Shown: positions 1 to 9,755, numbered from the stretch's first letter. The stretch: DNA of 58,432 nucleotides from an uncultured Bacilli bacterium (GCA_944358875.1 CALVRZ010000002.1:1-58432); one strand, 5' to 3'. Made by a program: numbers and translations. The notes: generated by a model not told the origin, from the letters alone.

Positions 1-66
1 AAAGGTGAAATAAAAAAAAAAAAAAAAAAAATAAAAAAATACCTAAAAGAAAAAAACAATTATATT

Positions 67-600
67 TTGACAAGAGATATTATTAATTTAAAAAAAAAAA
101 AAAAAAATATTCCTAAAATGGTTGATGATGGAGAAATAAAAAAAGTTAACCATGGAATATATATGAGTCCAAATGTTATGGAAGATGAGTATTATATTAT
201 TCAGTTGAGATATCCTGATGCAGTATTTTCATATAATACGGCATTTCATATTATGAATATGACTAATTTAACTCCATCAATTATCGATGTTACTATGCCA
301 AGAAAAAAACAAATAATAGGTAATTATAATATTCATTATGTATCTAAGGAAAAATATGAACTTGGAATCATAACTGTTGAAAGTCCATTTGGTAATCCTA
401 TTAAAATATATAATGCCGAAAGATGTATTTGTGATATGTTAAGAAGTAATGATGAGTTTGATTTAGAATTACAAAATAGGATTTTAAATACTTATTTTAA
501 TAGTAAAGAAAAAAATATTAAACTATTAGAAGAATATGCTAAAAAGTTAAATGTTTATGATAAAGTTAATACGATAATTGAGGTAATGATGAAATGGTAG
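67..600 (+). CDS. abiEi: AbiEi-family antitoxin/transcriptional regulator of a type IV TA (abortive infection) pair. The 5' end is uncertain because the frame stays open to the window edge.
   Basis: It has the wing-like motif GEIKKVNHGIYM and a C-terminal ERCICDML region typical of AbiEi antitoxins. Its stop overlaps the start of the next gene (ATGGTAG). It is paired with an AbiEii-type gene. Confidence 0.65.
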   Translation: MTRDIINLKKKKKNIPKMVDDGEIKKVNHGIYMSPNVMEDEYYIIQLRYPDAVFSYNTAFHIMNMTNLTPSIIDVTMPRKKQIIGNYNIHYVSKEKYELGIITVESPFGNPIKIYNAERCICDMLRSNDEFDLELQNRILNTYFNSKEKNIKLLEEYAKKLNVYDKVNTIIEVMMKW

Positions 601-1445
601 ATTATAGAGATATTGAAACAAAAGCTAAAAAATTATCGTGCGAAAAGAATATTGATTATTATGAATTATTACAAAGATTTATGTTTGAAAGAATTCTGGA
701 AAGAATATCTATCTCTAAATATAATGATAATTTTATCTTAAAAGGTGGTCTTCTTTTATCTGCAATTTTTGGTATTGATAACAGAGCTACAAAAGATATG
801 GATACTACTGTTAAAGGTTTAGACGTTTCAGAAGAAATTATGGTTAATATATTAAATGAAATATTGAGTATTAACTTAAATGATGGTGTTAAATTTGCTT
901 TAATTAATATTACTAATATACGAGAAGGTAATGAATACGGTGGTAACAAATATCATATTGTAGGTAGATTTCAAAACATGAGAGTGAATTTAGAGATAGA
1001 TATTTCTACTGGAGATAAAGTTACACCAAGAGAATTAAAATATAAATATCCATTGATATTTAGTGATAAAGAAATAACTATAAGTAGCTATAATATTGAA
1101 ACTATTTTAGCTGAAAAGATAGAAACTGTTTTAAAAAGAGGTATATATAATAGTAGAATGAAAGATTTTTATGATATCTATGTCTTTATCAATAATTTTA
1201 GTAATGATATAAATTACGATGATCTTTTATCTGCTATGAAAAACACTTTTAAAAAGCGAGATTCATTAGATGTTTTAGAAGATTACAAAAAGATTTTAAA
1301 CGAATTAAAAAATAGCGAAAGATTAAATAGTTTATGGAATAAGTATATAAATAAAAGAAATTATGCTAAAAATATAGATTTTTTTACAATAATTGAATTA
1401 CTAGATGGATTTTTAGATAAACATTCTACTGCTGTTTATAATTAG
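594..1445 (+). CDS. abiEii: AbiEii/AbiGii-family nucleotidyltransferase toxin (DUF1814)
   Basis: FILKGGLLLSAIFGIDNRATKDMD matches the KGG...R.T.D.D nucleotidyltransferase signature of AbiEii. It is translationally coupled to the AbiEi-like gene. Confidence 0.8.
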   Translation: MVDYRDIETKAKKLSCEKNIDYYELLQRFMFERILERISISKYNDNFILKGGLLLSAIFGIDNRATKDMDTTVKGLDVSEEIMVNILNEILSINLNDGVKFALINITNIREGNEYGGNKYHIVGRFQNMRVNLEIDISTGDKVTPRELKYKYPLIFSDKEITISSYNIETILAEKIETVLKRGIYNSRMKDFYDIYVFINNFSNDINYDDLLSAMKNTFKKRDSLDVLEDYKKILNELKNSERLNSLWNKYINKRNYAKNIDFFTIIELLDGFLDKHSTAVYN

Positions 1446-1679
1446 AAATATATATTTTGAGGTAGCAATACTATTTGTAGCGGGGGAAGTACTTTAATCA
1501 AGCAATATTAAAAAAATTTGTTAATATTTATCACAAAATATATTTTAGATGTTCTTCATTTAGAAGAAAATTAAATAAATATATGTAGGAAATGGTTGTA
1601 ATAATGAATATTAATGATTTAGATGTATTAACAAATAGAGAAGAAGAATTTTTAAAAGCATTTATTGCTTTTTTTGTCT

Positions 1680-2117
1680 TTATTTGATACAAGCTACTCT
1701 TTGACGCATACCTCCGGATAAATTTTTAGGGTATTTATAAATAAAATCTCCTAATCCATATGTTTTTAATAAATTAATTACTTTTTGTTTTTTTTCTTCT
1801 GTTAATTTTTTTTCTACTTTTAGACCTATTAGGCAGTTATCTAATATATTTAGCCAATCAAATAAAGAGTCTTGTTGTAGCATATAACCTAGTTTAGAGT
1901 TAAATGGAAATATTATATTTCCACTAGTTTTTTGTTCTATATTACATAAGATTGATAGTAAAGTAGATTTTCCGCAACCTGACGGTCCAACGATGGCTAT
2001 AAATTCTTGTTCTTTTACTTTTAGTGATAAATTTTTAATAGCTTCTATTTCACCATCTTTGGTATAATAGGTTTTTTCTAGGTTTTCTATTATTAATAAA
2101 TTATTCATAATTTTCAA
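1680..2117 (-). pseudogene. ABC transporter ATP-binding protein (nitrate/sulfonate/taurine type), truncated at the C-terminus
   Basis: It has Walker A GPSGCGKST and the signature LSGGMRQRVA. The ORF ends 4 codons after the signature, and Walker B and the H-loop are missing. No permease gene follows. Confidence 0.8.
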
Positions 2118-2661
2118 AATCTTTAGTGTAAATTAAATTTTCAAAATCTACTTTTTTATCTAATTCGCCAGCTGCTATTATGATATCTTGAATATGATTC
2201 CATTCTTCTTCGTTAATTGTTATATTTTTCTTCCACGCTTCGCCATTTTTGTAACGATCAACTATTTTAATAATATCTTCTAATGAAGTATCAGGGAAAA
2301 ATTCTAATAATTCTTTTGCTATAGTTTCACTATCTTGTTCATATACGAATTTTAATGCTTTATTAATAGCGTTTCTAAATCCTTTAATAATGTCTGGATT
2401 ATCTTCTATATAACTTTTTTTAGCGTTATAAGCAGTGTATGGGACACTTCCTCCTAGTTCCCCAACGTATGCAACTACGTGACCAAAGCCTGCTTTTTCT
2501 ACATTTAGAGCATTTGGTTCAAATAGGGTAACAAAGTCTCCAACTCCTCCAATAAAGGCCCCTTCCATTGCGGCAAAGTCAACTGATGTATCGATTGTTA
2601 AATCTTTATTAGGATCTATTCCGTGTTCTCTTAAGGCCCATTCGAATGTCATTTCAGGCAT
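2101..2661 (-). pseudogene. C-terminal fragment of an NMT1/THI5/SsuA-like ABC substrate-binding protein, split by an insertion
   Basis: It starts with MPEMTFEW, which continues the ...VIGGRQG end of the N-terminal fragment at 5829..6284. Confidence 0.8.
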
Positions 2662-2832
2662 TCCACCCCACCGGCATTAAAACTTATGATGTAAAAAATG
2701 CTTATAAAATAAGGAAAGGTAGAACACATTAACATAAGTTTTTGTAAAAATGTGTCTAAAAACTTGACCTAAATCCACTGTATAAAAGTATTTTAGTTTA
2801 TTAAAATACATAAAATGCAGTAGGTGGTTAAA

Positions 2833-2940
2833 TTGAAAATAATAAATGTATTTAACGAAAATGGGCAGACACTACAACAAATAATGGAACAATTTTTAAT
2901 TGACTATTGTTTAGAGGCTGGAACTTTTAAAAATAGTTAA
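2833..2940 (+). CDS. Possible 35-codon ORF (TTG start) upstream of the recombinase, function unknown
   Basis: AGGTGG lies 5 nt upstream of the TTG. The product would be LKIINVFNENGQTLQQIMEQFLIDYCLEAGTFKNS. It is too short to be in the ORF track. Confidence 0.25.
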   Translation: MKIINVFNENGQTLQQIMEQFLIDYCLEAGTFKNS

Positions 2941-2983
2941 TATAATATATTTGTTAATGTGTTTTACCAAGAAGGGAGAGAAT

Positions 2984-4546
2984 ATGAAAGGTAAAACATT
3001 TAATACTGCTCTTTATATTAGACTATCTCGTGAAGATGGAGATAATATGGAAAGCGAAAGTATTACAAATCAAAGAGATTTATTACATCTATTCTTAGAG
3101 AAGACAAAAGAAAAGTTACAATATGTTGATGAATATGTCGATGATGGTTTTACTGGTTCTAATTTTGATAGACCTTCTTGGAAAAGACTAATGGCAGATA
3201 TTGATAGTGGTAAAGTTAATACCATAATTACCAAAGATTTATCTCGTATGGGTAGAGATTATATCTCAATGGGGGAATATATCGAAAGAATATTCCCCGA
3301 ACGAGGTATAAGATATATTGCTTTAAATGATGATATTGATACACTGCACGAAACACCAGGTTTAGAGTTTTTACAATTTAAACTAATGTTTAATGATTAC
3401 TATTTAAAAGATACATCTAAGAAAATTAGAAAAGTTGTAAGAGCCAAAAAGGAGCAAGGACAGTTTTTAGGTTGGAAAGCAGTATATGGTTATAAAAAAG
3501 ACCCTAATGATAAGCATAAAATTATTGTTGATGAGGAAGTTAGATCTATTATTGAAAGAATGTTTAATTTAGTAATCGATGGTAAAAGTCCAAGGCAAAT
3601 TGCTAATATATTCTCTGATGAGCATATTCCTACCCCTAGTGTTTATGCAAATCTTAATAGAGGTGTGAAATCTACGGCTTATGAATTATGGTGTCCTAGG
3701 ACAATAGAAGAAATGCTTACAAATGAAACATACATCGGAAATCTTACTCAAGGTAGAAGAAAAAAGTTAAATTATAAGTCTAAAAAAGAAATTAGAACGC
3801 CTAAAGAAGAATGGATAATTACAGAAAATACCCACGAAGCAATTATTGATAAAAAAGTATTTGATACAGTCGGGGAGTTATTAAAGAAAAACAAAAACAA
3901 ACCTACTGGTAATAATATTCAATTACTTTCTGGCTTTATGGTATGTAAAGAATGTGGACACGCAATAGGTATAAATAAAAGTAGCGATGGGAAAAGATAT
4001 TACTGTTGTTGTACTTATTATATATCTCATTCTAAATATGGTTTATGTACTCCACACAGTTGTAATTATAAAAAATTGGAAAATCTTGTGTTAGAAGAAA
4101 TTAAAAAGATGTGCAAGGAGTATGTAGATAGCAGTTCATTTTCTAATAAGTTAGAAGAAGAAAGAAAGAAAAATGATATTAAAATTAAAAAACAAAAGGA
4201 AATTAATGTATTAGATAAAAGAATTAGAACTAATAACTCATATATAGACAAAATATATGAAGATAAGTTAAGTGGTAATATTGATATGGAAATGTTTAAC
4301 CGTTTAACAATAAAATACAAAGATGAAATAGTTTCTTGGAAAAATCAAAGAGATGAGTTAGAAGAAGAACTTAAAAATATTGATACAGAAGATGGTAATA
4401 AAGAAAAGGAAGAAATATTAAAAAAGATAAACGAATATTTATCTTTTGAAAAACCAAATAGAAATTTATTAGTAAATCTAATTGATAAGATACTTATAAG
4501 TGAAGATAAAATAGTAGAAATTCACTATAAATTCAAGCTATATTAA
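2984..4546 (+). CDS. Large serine recombinase (resolvase domain, recombinase domain, zinc ribbon, coiled coil)
   Basis: ALYIRLSREDGD contains the catalytic Ser. A Cys-rich CKECGH...CCC...C region and a long K/E-rich C-terminal coiled coil follow. AGGGAG RBS precedes the ATG at 2984. Confidence 0.9.
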   Translation: MKGKTFNTALYIRLSREDGDNMESESITNQRDLLHLFLEKTKEKLQYVDEYVDDGFTGSNFDRPSWKRLMADIDSGKVNTIITKDLSRMGRDYISMGEYIERIFPERGIRYIALNDDIDTLHETPGLEFLQFKLMFNDYYLKDTSKKIRKVVRAKKEQGQFLGWKAVYGYKKDPNDKHKIIVDEEVRSIIERMFNLVIDGKSPRQIANIFSDEHIPTPSVYANLNRGVKSTAYELWCPRTIEEMLTNETYIGNLTQGRRKKLNYKSKKEIRTPKEEWIITENTHEAIIDKKVFDTVGELLKKNKNKPTGNNIQLLSGFMVCKECGHAIGINKSSDGKRYYCCCTYYISHSKYGLCTPHSCNYKKLENLVLEEIKKMCKEYVDSSSFSNKLEEERKKNDIKIKKQKEINVLDKRIRTNNSYIDKIYEDKLSGNIDMEMFNRLTIKYKDEIVSWKNQRDELEEELKNIDTEDGNKEKEEILKKINEYLSFEKPNRNLLVNLIDKILISEDKIVEIHYKFKLY

Positions 4547-4606
4547 TGAAAAATATAAGGAGATATGGTATAATAATACATATTACATTAGGAAGAAGGT
4601 GTGGTT

Positions 4607-5797
4607 ATGAAATGTATTTTAATGAATAAAAATACAGAAGTATTAGTTGCAGAATATAATACAGTTTCTAAGTTTTTTGATAGAATTATAGAAGTTAAAA
4701 ATATTGATTATGCTCCTTATATTTTAAAGAGTTTTTATATTAAAGATGATATCAATGATACTCCTTTTAGAACAAATTTATCAGAGTGGTTTAGAGGAAG
4801 AGGTATCCCTAATTGGCGTGATAAATTAGATTTATTATTACATCGCCTAGATATAAGTGCTCCAACTGAATTATTAGATAAAGCTTTCGGTTTATCTTTA
4901 TCGGATCAATATTGGTTAAAACCAATTGATAGTAATTTGAAGTATGATGATATTAACTTTTTTGATAATGATTTTGACTATGCTGAGTTCTTAGAAGCCT
5001 CACTTTCACTTAATAGCAAGATAGTAAAAAAAGAAACTTCTCTTATAACACCTAATAATACTACTGATGGTATGTTAAAAAAAGCATGGATTATTGAAGA
5101 TGGTACAAGATATCTATTAAAAGGCGGTTATAAAAATGAAATATTACAACCTTTTAATGAGGTTTTAGCATCTATGATATGTGATAAATTAGGTTTTAAT
5201 CATGTCCCATATACCTTAGATGTATATAAAGATACCGTAGTATCTAAATGTCCATGTTCTATAAATAAAGATACCGAACTTATTACCGCCTGTCAAATAA
5301 AAAATGATATGAAAAGACATGATAATACAGATGACTATGAAGAGTATATTAAAAAATTAGAGGAAAATGGTATTTCTAATGCTAGAGAAAAAATAGAAAA
5401 TATGTATATCTTAGATTTTCTTATTATGAATGAAGATAGACACTTAAATAATTTTGGTATTATAAGAGATGTTAATACCCTAAAATGGTTAGATGTCGCT
5501 CCTATATTTGATAATGGTATGGCTTTGAATATTCCATATTATGATGAAAATGAAGTAATCATATCAGGAAATGGAAGATTTTTCTACGAGGTAAAACCAT
5601 TTGATGAAATTATTAAAGTAGTAAGAAATATAAAAAGAATAGATGTATCAAAACTATCAGATATACCAGAAGAATTTGATAAACTACTACATAAGTATCA
5701 AAGTATTACCAAAATGTCTGATAAAAGAATATATAGATTATGTGTTCTTTTAAATAGACAAATAAATAAATTAAAGAAAATAATTGAGGAAGCCTGA
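4607..5797 (+). CDS. HipA-like Ser/Thr kinase (HipA_C domain)
   Basis: The catalytic-loop-like motif MNEDRHLNNFGII and the region KKAWIIEDGTRYLLKGG...FNEVLASMICDKLG resemble HipA_C. No HipB-like HTH gene is adjacent. Confidence 0.7.
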   Translation: MKCILMNKNTEVLVAEYNTVSKFFDRIIEVKNIDYAPYILKSFYIKDDINDTPFRTNLSEWFRGRGIPNWRDKLDLLLHRLDISAPTELLDKAFGLSLSDQYWLKPIDSNLKYDDINFFDNDFDYAEFLEASLSLNSKIVKKETSLITPNNTTDGMLKKAWIIEDGTRYLLKGGYKNEILQPFNEVLASMICDKLGFNHVPYTLDVYKDTVVSKCPCSINKDTELITACQIKNDMKRHDNTDDYEEYIKKLEENGISNAREKIENMYILDFLIMNEDRHLNNFGIIRDVNTLKWLDVAPIFDNGMALNIPYYDENEVIISGNGRFFYEVKPFDEIIKVVRNIKRIDVSKLSDIPEEFDKLLHKYQSITKMSDKRIYRLCVLLNRQINKLKKIIEEA

Positions 5798-5828
5798 TTA
5801 GGTTTTCTTTAATATTAAGAAAAAAACA

Positions 5829-6284
5829 TTATAAGTTTTGCATCCGAAGACCTTGTCTTCCACCAATGACATACTTTCCTTTTAAGTCTTCAAGGGTAAA
5901 GTTTTCATATGGTTCTCTCGATACTAAGAATGACCCATCTTTTTGTGTTAAACCAGCGAATGTTTGGACATAATCTTTTTCGCCACCATTATAGACGTAG
6001 ATGGTTGCTTCAGTTCCAGAGAAACCAATGTCAACATCACCTGATAATACGGCTGCCATAACAGCATCGGCACCTGGTGTTAAGACTAATTCTATTTCAA
6101 GGCCTTCATCTTCAAAGTATCCTTCACTAATAGCGGCATATTGTGGGGCATAAAAGATACTATGGGTTACTTCTGCTAAAGTGATTTTTTGTAATTTGGC
6201 ATTAGAGTCATCTTTAAAAATAGCAAAGATAGCTATACCTAAAATGACAACTAAGGTAATAATACCTATGATAGTTTTTTTCAT
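5829..6284 (-). pseudogene. N-terminal fragment (signal/anchor plus domain 1) of the split NMT1/SsuA-like substrate-binding protein
   Basis: It has an N-terminal hydrophobic segment and the motif THSIFYAPQYAAISEGYF. It ends in 6 element-derived codons and a stop right at the insertion junction. Confidence 0.8.
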
Positions 6285-6477
6285 ATTTCCTCCTTTTCAT
6301 ACAATTTATTATATTCGTCGTTTTTAAAAGTGTTAATGGTCATGGGTAGACACTTAGTTTACAATTTATTTTAAATTTAGATTGTGCTTTGTAATTTAGT
6401 TTTGATAAATTGTCAATAATTTATTGTGTTATTTAAAATATTGTTATATAATGATGATAGAAAGGAGAATGGATGAT

Positions 6478-7413
6478 ATGTTTAAGAAAATGTGTTTAAC
6501 ATTTGGTGTCTTGATGGTTGGTTTATGTGGTATGGAAAATGTAAGTGCTAAAGAATATACAGATGCTGATTTCTTAACGCTTATTGCAGGTTCTACACCA
6601 ATAACTAAAGATGATACTTTAACTGTTGCAGGAGATGTTTATATTGGAGAAAATGGAGCATTTACGATTAATGATGGTAGTGTTACTTTTTCTTTAGATG
6701 AATCAACTGGTGCGAAAAGAATTTTAATGACAATCGATGGAGATGTTACTTTAAGTGAAGGAGAGAATTTCTTTATTAAAGTGCCTGATGCTTTAAGTGC
6801 GATTGCTCAACAACAAAATATTGAAGGTTTCTCTTTAGTGTTAAATGAAGATGATATTTTTACTATCGATGGTACAGTTATTATTCCAAGTACAGAAACA
6901 GGTACTATAATTAATAATGGTACAATTAATGTAAATGGTGCTGTAGAACTTAGAAGTAAAGGTTATTACACAGGAACAGGTACGACTAATGTTTTTTCAA
7001 AATTTGTTATTTATGGTACAACGGGTACTAATGTTAGCAATGATGTAGTATTTACACTTAATAAAAATGGTGCTTTATATACTGATTATGATATAGCTAT
7101 GGAAAAGATTATCAGTGGTGTTAATACTATGACAGTAAGTGCTGCTAGTAGTAAAGAATATCAATCAGTAAGTGCTAATGTTGTAACTGCTAATCAAGAT
7201 AATACCTTTGCTTATGGTTATGAACTTAAAACAATTGAAGAGCCTACCGATCCAGGAACAACAACGCCTCCGGTGACAGAACCTACAGAACCAGAAGAAG
7301 TTACTAATCCTAATACTTTTGATGGTATTTATAGTTCAATTGCTTTAGTAGCTATGGGTTCAATTGCTTTTATAGCTGTAGCAATGAAATTAAGAAAAAA
7401 AGTTAATAATTAG
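6478..7413 (+). CDS. Secreted, cell-surface-anchored protein with a repetitive beta-rich body, a Pro/Thr/Glu linker and a C-terminal TM anchor
   Basis: The signal peptide is MFKKMCLTFGVLMVGLCGMENVSA. A PT-rich linker (TDPGTTTPPVTEPTEPEE) is followed by a hydrophobic helix and a KLRKK tail. Confidence 0.6.
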   Translation: MFKKMCLTFGVLMVGLCGMENVSAKEYTDADFLTLIAGSTPITKDDTLTVAGDVYIGENGAFTINDGSVTFSLDESTGAKRILMTIDGDVTLSEGENFFIKVPDALSAIAQQQNIEGFSLVLNEDDIFTIDGTVIIPSTETGTIINNGTINVNGAVELRSKGYYTGTGTTNVFSKFVIYGTTGTNVSNDVVFTLNKNGALYTDYDIAMEKIISGVNTMTVSAASSKEYQSVSANVVTANQDNTFAYGYELKTIEEPTDPGTTTPPVTEPTEPEEVTNPNTFDGIYSSIALVAMGSIAFIAVAMKLRKKVNN

Positions 7414-7543
7414 TAGTAATTAACTTTGGGCTATTAACAATAATGATTTGTTAATAGCTTTTTCTTTTATCTTGATTTAAATTTTTAGGAGTTGTTTTTT
7501 TTTTCTTTTGGTGTTATAATTATGTTAGTAAGGTAGGTGTAGT

Positions 7544-8263
7544 ATGAAGAAATTATTTTTATTAGTTTTAGTTTTATTTTTGTGTACAAGCTGTGGTAAA
7601 AATGAAAATGAGCTTGTTATGGTAACAGAAGCAGGTTTTGCACCTTATGAATATTATGAGGATGGTGAAATTGTTGGAGTTGATGTTGATATTGCTAAAG
7701 AAATAGCTAAAGAAATGGGAAAAGAATTAGTTATTAAAGATGTAGCTTTTGATTCAATTATTAATGAAGTTAATAGTGGTAAAGCTGATTTTGGTGCAGC
7801 AGGAATTAGTTATGATGAGGAAAGAGCTAAGCAAATTGATTTTACAATTAATTATGCTGTTTCTAAACAGGTGGTTGTGGTAAGAGAGGGAAGTAGTATC
7901 GATGATATTGATAAGATTAGTAATCAGAAAATTGCTGTTCAACTTGGAAGTACAGGTGATATGTATGTGACAGAAAATTATCCTAATGCTGAAATAGTTA
8001 GACAAAAGAAATATTTGGCAGCAGTTCAGGATCTTAAGTCAGCAAAAGTAGATTTAATTGTTATGGATGAGTTGCCAGCACAAGAAATTCTTAAGACTAA
8101 TGATGGTTTAGTTATTTTGGATGAAGAATTATTTACGGATTCTTATGGAATGGTCGTTAAGAAGGGGAATACAGAATTACTTAATACAATTAATGATGTT
8201 TTAACAAGACTGCAAAATGAAGGAAAAATTGAGGAATTTATGATTAATCATACAACAGAATAG
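7544..8263 (+). CDS. Polar amino-acid ABC transporter substrate-binding lipoprotein
   Basis: It has the lipobox LCTSCG and a family-3 SBP layout. It heads a permease/ATPase operon next to the arginine deiminase genes. Confidence 0.85.
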   Translation: MKKLFLLVLVLFLCTSCGKNENELVMVTEAGFAPYEYYEDGEIVGVDVDIAKEIAKEMGKELVIKDVAFDSIINEVNSGKADFGAAGISYDEERAKQIDFTINYAVSKQVVVVREGSSIDDIDKISNQKIAVQLGSTGDMYVTENYPNAEIVRQKKYLAAVQDLKSAKVDLIVMDELPAQEILKTNDGLVILDEELFTDSYGMVVKKGNTELLNTINDVLTRLQNEGKIEEFMINHTTE

Positions 8264-8273
8264 GAGTAGTAAT

Positions 8274-8957
8274 ATGGGTATATGGGAAAGTTTTTATAAT
8301 ACAGTTATTTATGATAATCGTTATATGTATATTTTAGAAGGCTTACTTAATACAATTATTATTGCTTTTTTTGCAGTTATTTTAGGAATAGTTATTGGTG
8401 TATTAGTGGCAATAGTTAGAAATTATCACGATAATAGTGGTAAGCTTAAATTACTTAATATGTTAGGTAAAATATATGTTAATGTTATTAGAGGAACACC
8501 AGTTGTTTTACAGCTTATGATTATTTATTATGTTATTTTTAAAAGTGTCGACATTAGTATTGTTCTAGTTGGAGTTCTTGCTTTTGGTATTAATTCGGGA
8601 GCTTATGTTGCAGAAATTATTAGAGCAGGAATTGAGTCAATCGATAAGGGTCAGATGGAAGCTGGTTATTCTTTAGGCCTTTCTTACAGTAAAACAATGA
8701 GGTATATTATTTTACCACAAGCGATTAAAAATATTTTGCCAGCATTAGGTAATGAATTTATTACTTTACTTAAGGAGACATCAGTAGGAGCTTATATTGG
8801 CATTATTGAATTAACAAAGGCATCAGATATTATTGCTTCTAGAACTTATGATTATTTTTTCCCACTTATCATCGTTGCGCTTATTTATTTGATAATGACA
8901 TTAGGGTTATCAAAATTAGTGGGATTAATGGAAAGGAAGCTTGGTAAGGAATGTTAG
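8274..8957 (+). CDS. Amino-acid ABC transporter permease (His/Glu/Gln/Arg/opine family)
   Basis: It has multiple TM segments and an EAA-like loop (EAGYSLGLSYSKTMRYIILPQA). Confidence 0.85.
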   Translation: MGIWESFYNTVIYDNRYMYILEGLLNTIIIAFFAVILGIVIGVLVAIVRNYHDNSGKLKLLNMLGKIYVNVIRGTPVVLQLMIIYYVIFKSVDISIVLVGVLAFGINSGAYVAEIIRAGIESIDKGQMEAGYSLGLSYSKTMRYIILPQAIKNILPALGNEFITLLKETSVGAYIGIIELTKASDIIASRTYDYFFPLIIVALIYLIMTLGLSKLVGLMERKLGKEC

Positions 8958-9673
8958 AGGCTAAGAATATTTCTAAATCTTTTGGTAAAAATTTGGTTTT
9001 AAAAAATATTAGTTTGACAGTTGAAGAAGGGGAAAGGTTAGTTATTATTGGTCCATCTGGATGTGGAAAATCGACTTTACTTAGATGTCTTAATTATATA
9101 GAAAAGCCTAATAAAGGAAAAGTTTTATTCGAGGGAAGAGATCTTAGTGATAGTAGAGTTGATATTAATAAGATAAGAATGAAAATGGGAATGGTTTTCC
9201 AGCAATTTAATTTGTTTCCTCATTTAACGGTTTTAGAAAATATGATTTTGGCTCCGACGAAACTGAAGATAATGAGGGATGAGGAAGCTAAGAAGAAAGC
9301 TATTTCTTTACTTGAGTCGATCGATTTAAAAGATAAAAAAGATTTTTATCCTAGTCAATTATCGGGAGGACAAAAACAAAGAGTAGCTATTGTTAGAGCA
9401 ATGCTTATGGATCCTAAAATGATGTTATTTGATGAGCCCACTAGTGCTCTTGATCCAGAGATGATTGGGGAAGTTACTAGTTTAATGCAAAAATTGGGTG
9501 ATGATGGAATGACGATGGTCGTTGTTTCGCATGAGATGAATTTTGTTAAGAATTTTGCGACAAGAGTTATATTTATGGAAAATGGTACCATAATAGAAGA
9601 GGGTAGTGCCGATCAAATTTTTAATCACCCTAAAAATGATAGGTTAAAAGAATTTTTATCAAAAGTTGCTTAG
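8951..9673 (+). CDS. Amino-acid ABC transporter ATP-binding protein (GlnQ-like)
   Basis: It has Walker A GPSGCGKST, signature LSGGQKQRVAI and Walker B MMLFDEPTSALD. Confidence 0.9.
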   Translation: MLEAKNISKSFGKNLVLKNISLTVEEGERLVIIGPSGCGKSTLLRCLNYIEKPNKGKVLFEGRDLSDSRVDINKIRMKMGMVFQQFNLFPHLTVLENMILAPTKLKIMRDEEAKKKAISLLESIDLKDKKDFYPSQLSGGQKQRVAIVRAMLMDPKMMLFDEPTSALDPEMIGEVTSLMQKLGDDGMTMVVVSHEMNFVKNFATRVIFMENGTIIEEGSADQIFNHPKNDRLKEFLSKVA

Positions 9674-9755
9674 AAGACTGGTAATATTTGTTAAATGTGT
9701 TATAATTTATTTATAATAGCCCGGCAGGTATGTGGCTATTAAGAAGGAGGAAAAG

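Larger units (their letters stand above)
2668..5849 (+). mobile_element. About 3.18-kb integrative element (large serine recombinase plus HipA-like kinase) inserted in the binding-protein gene
   Basis: It is flanked by ACC (2665-2667 and 5850-5852). Removing it restores GGT GGA AGA CAA GGT GGA ATG CCT (GGRQGGMP). The inner ends are imperfect inverted repeats: CGGcattAAAACTTATgATG at 2672-2691 versus the reverse complement of 5827-5846. Confidence 0.7.

Noticed and set aside
1605-1688. A 27-codon ORF (MNINDLDVLTNREEEFLKAFIAFFVFI) at the junction next to the truncated ABC ATPase.
   Set aside because: It has no convincing RBS and runs into the rearrangement junction. It is probably a junction artefact.
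6285-6423. A TPP (THI-box) riboswitch was expected upstream of the NMT1/THI5-like binding-protein gene, which would suggest a ThiXYZ-type HMP transporter.
   Set aside because: Neither the CTGAGA nor the ACCTGATCTGGATAATGCCAGCG-like conserved cores are present on the minus strand of the leader. The substrate is therefore left open.
7300-7413. An LPXTG-type sortase sorting signal was considered at the C-terminus of the surface protein (TNPNTFDG plus a hydrophobic helix and KLRKK).
   Set aside because: The architecture fits, but the motif is not a recognised LPXTG, NPQTN or (S/P)PXTG variant. It is reported only as a C-terminal membrane anchor.
9674-9755. A possible ArcR/ArgR/Fnr-type operator or riboswitch in the arcA leader (hairpin ATAGCC...GGCTAT).
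   Set aside because: There is no match to TTGAT-N4-ATCAA or ARG-box patterns that I could verify by eye. Only an extended -10 promoter (TGTTATAAT) is evident.
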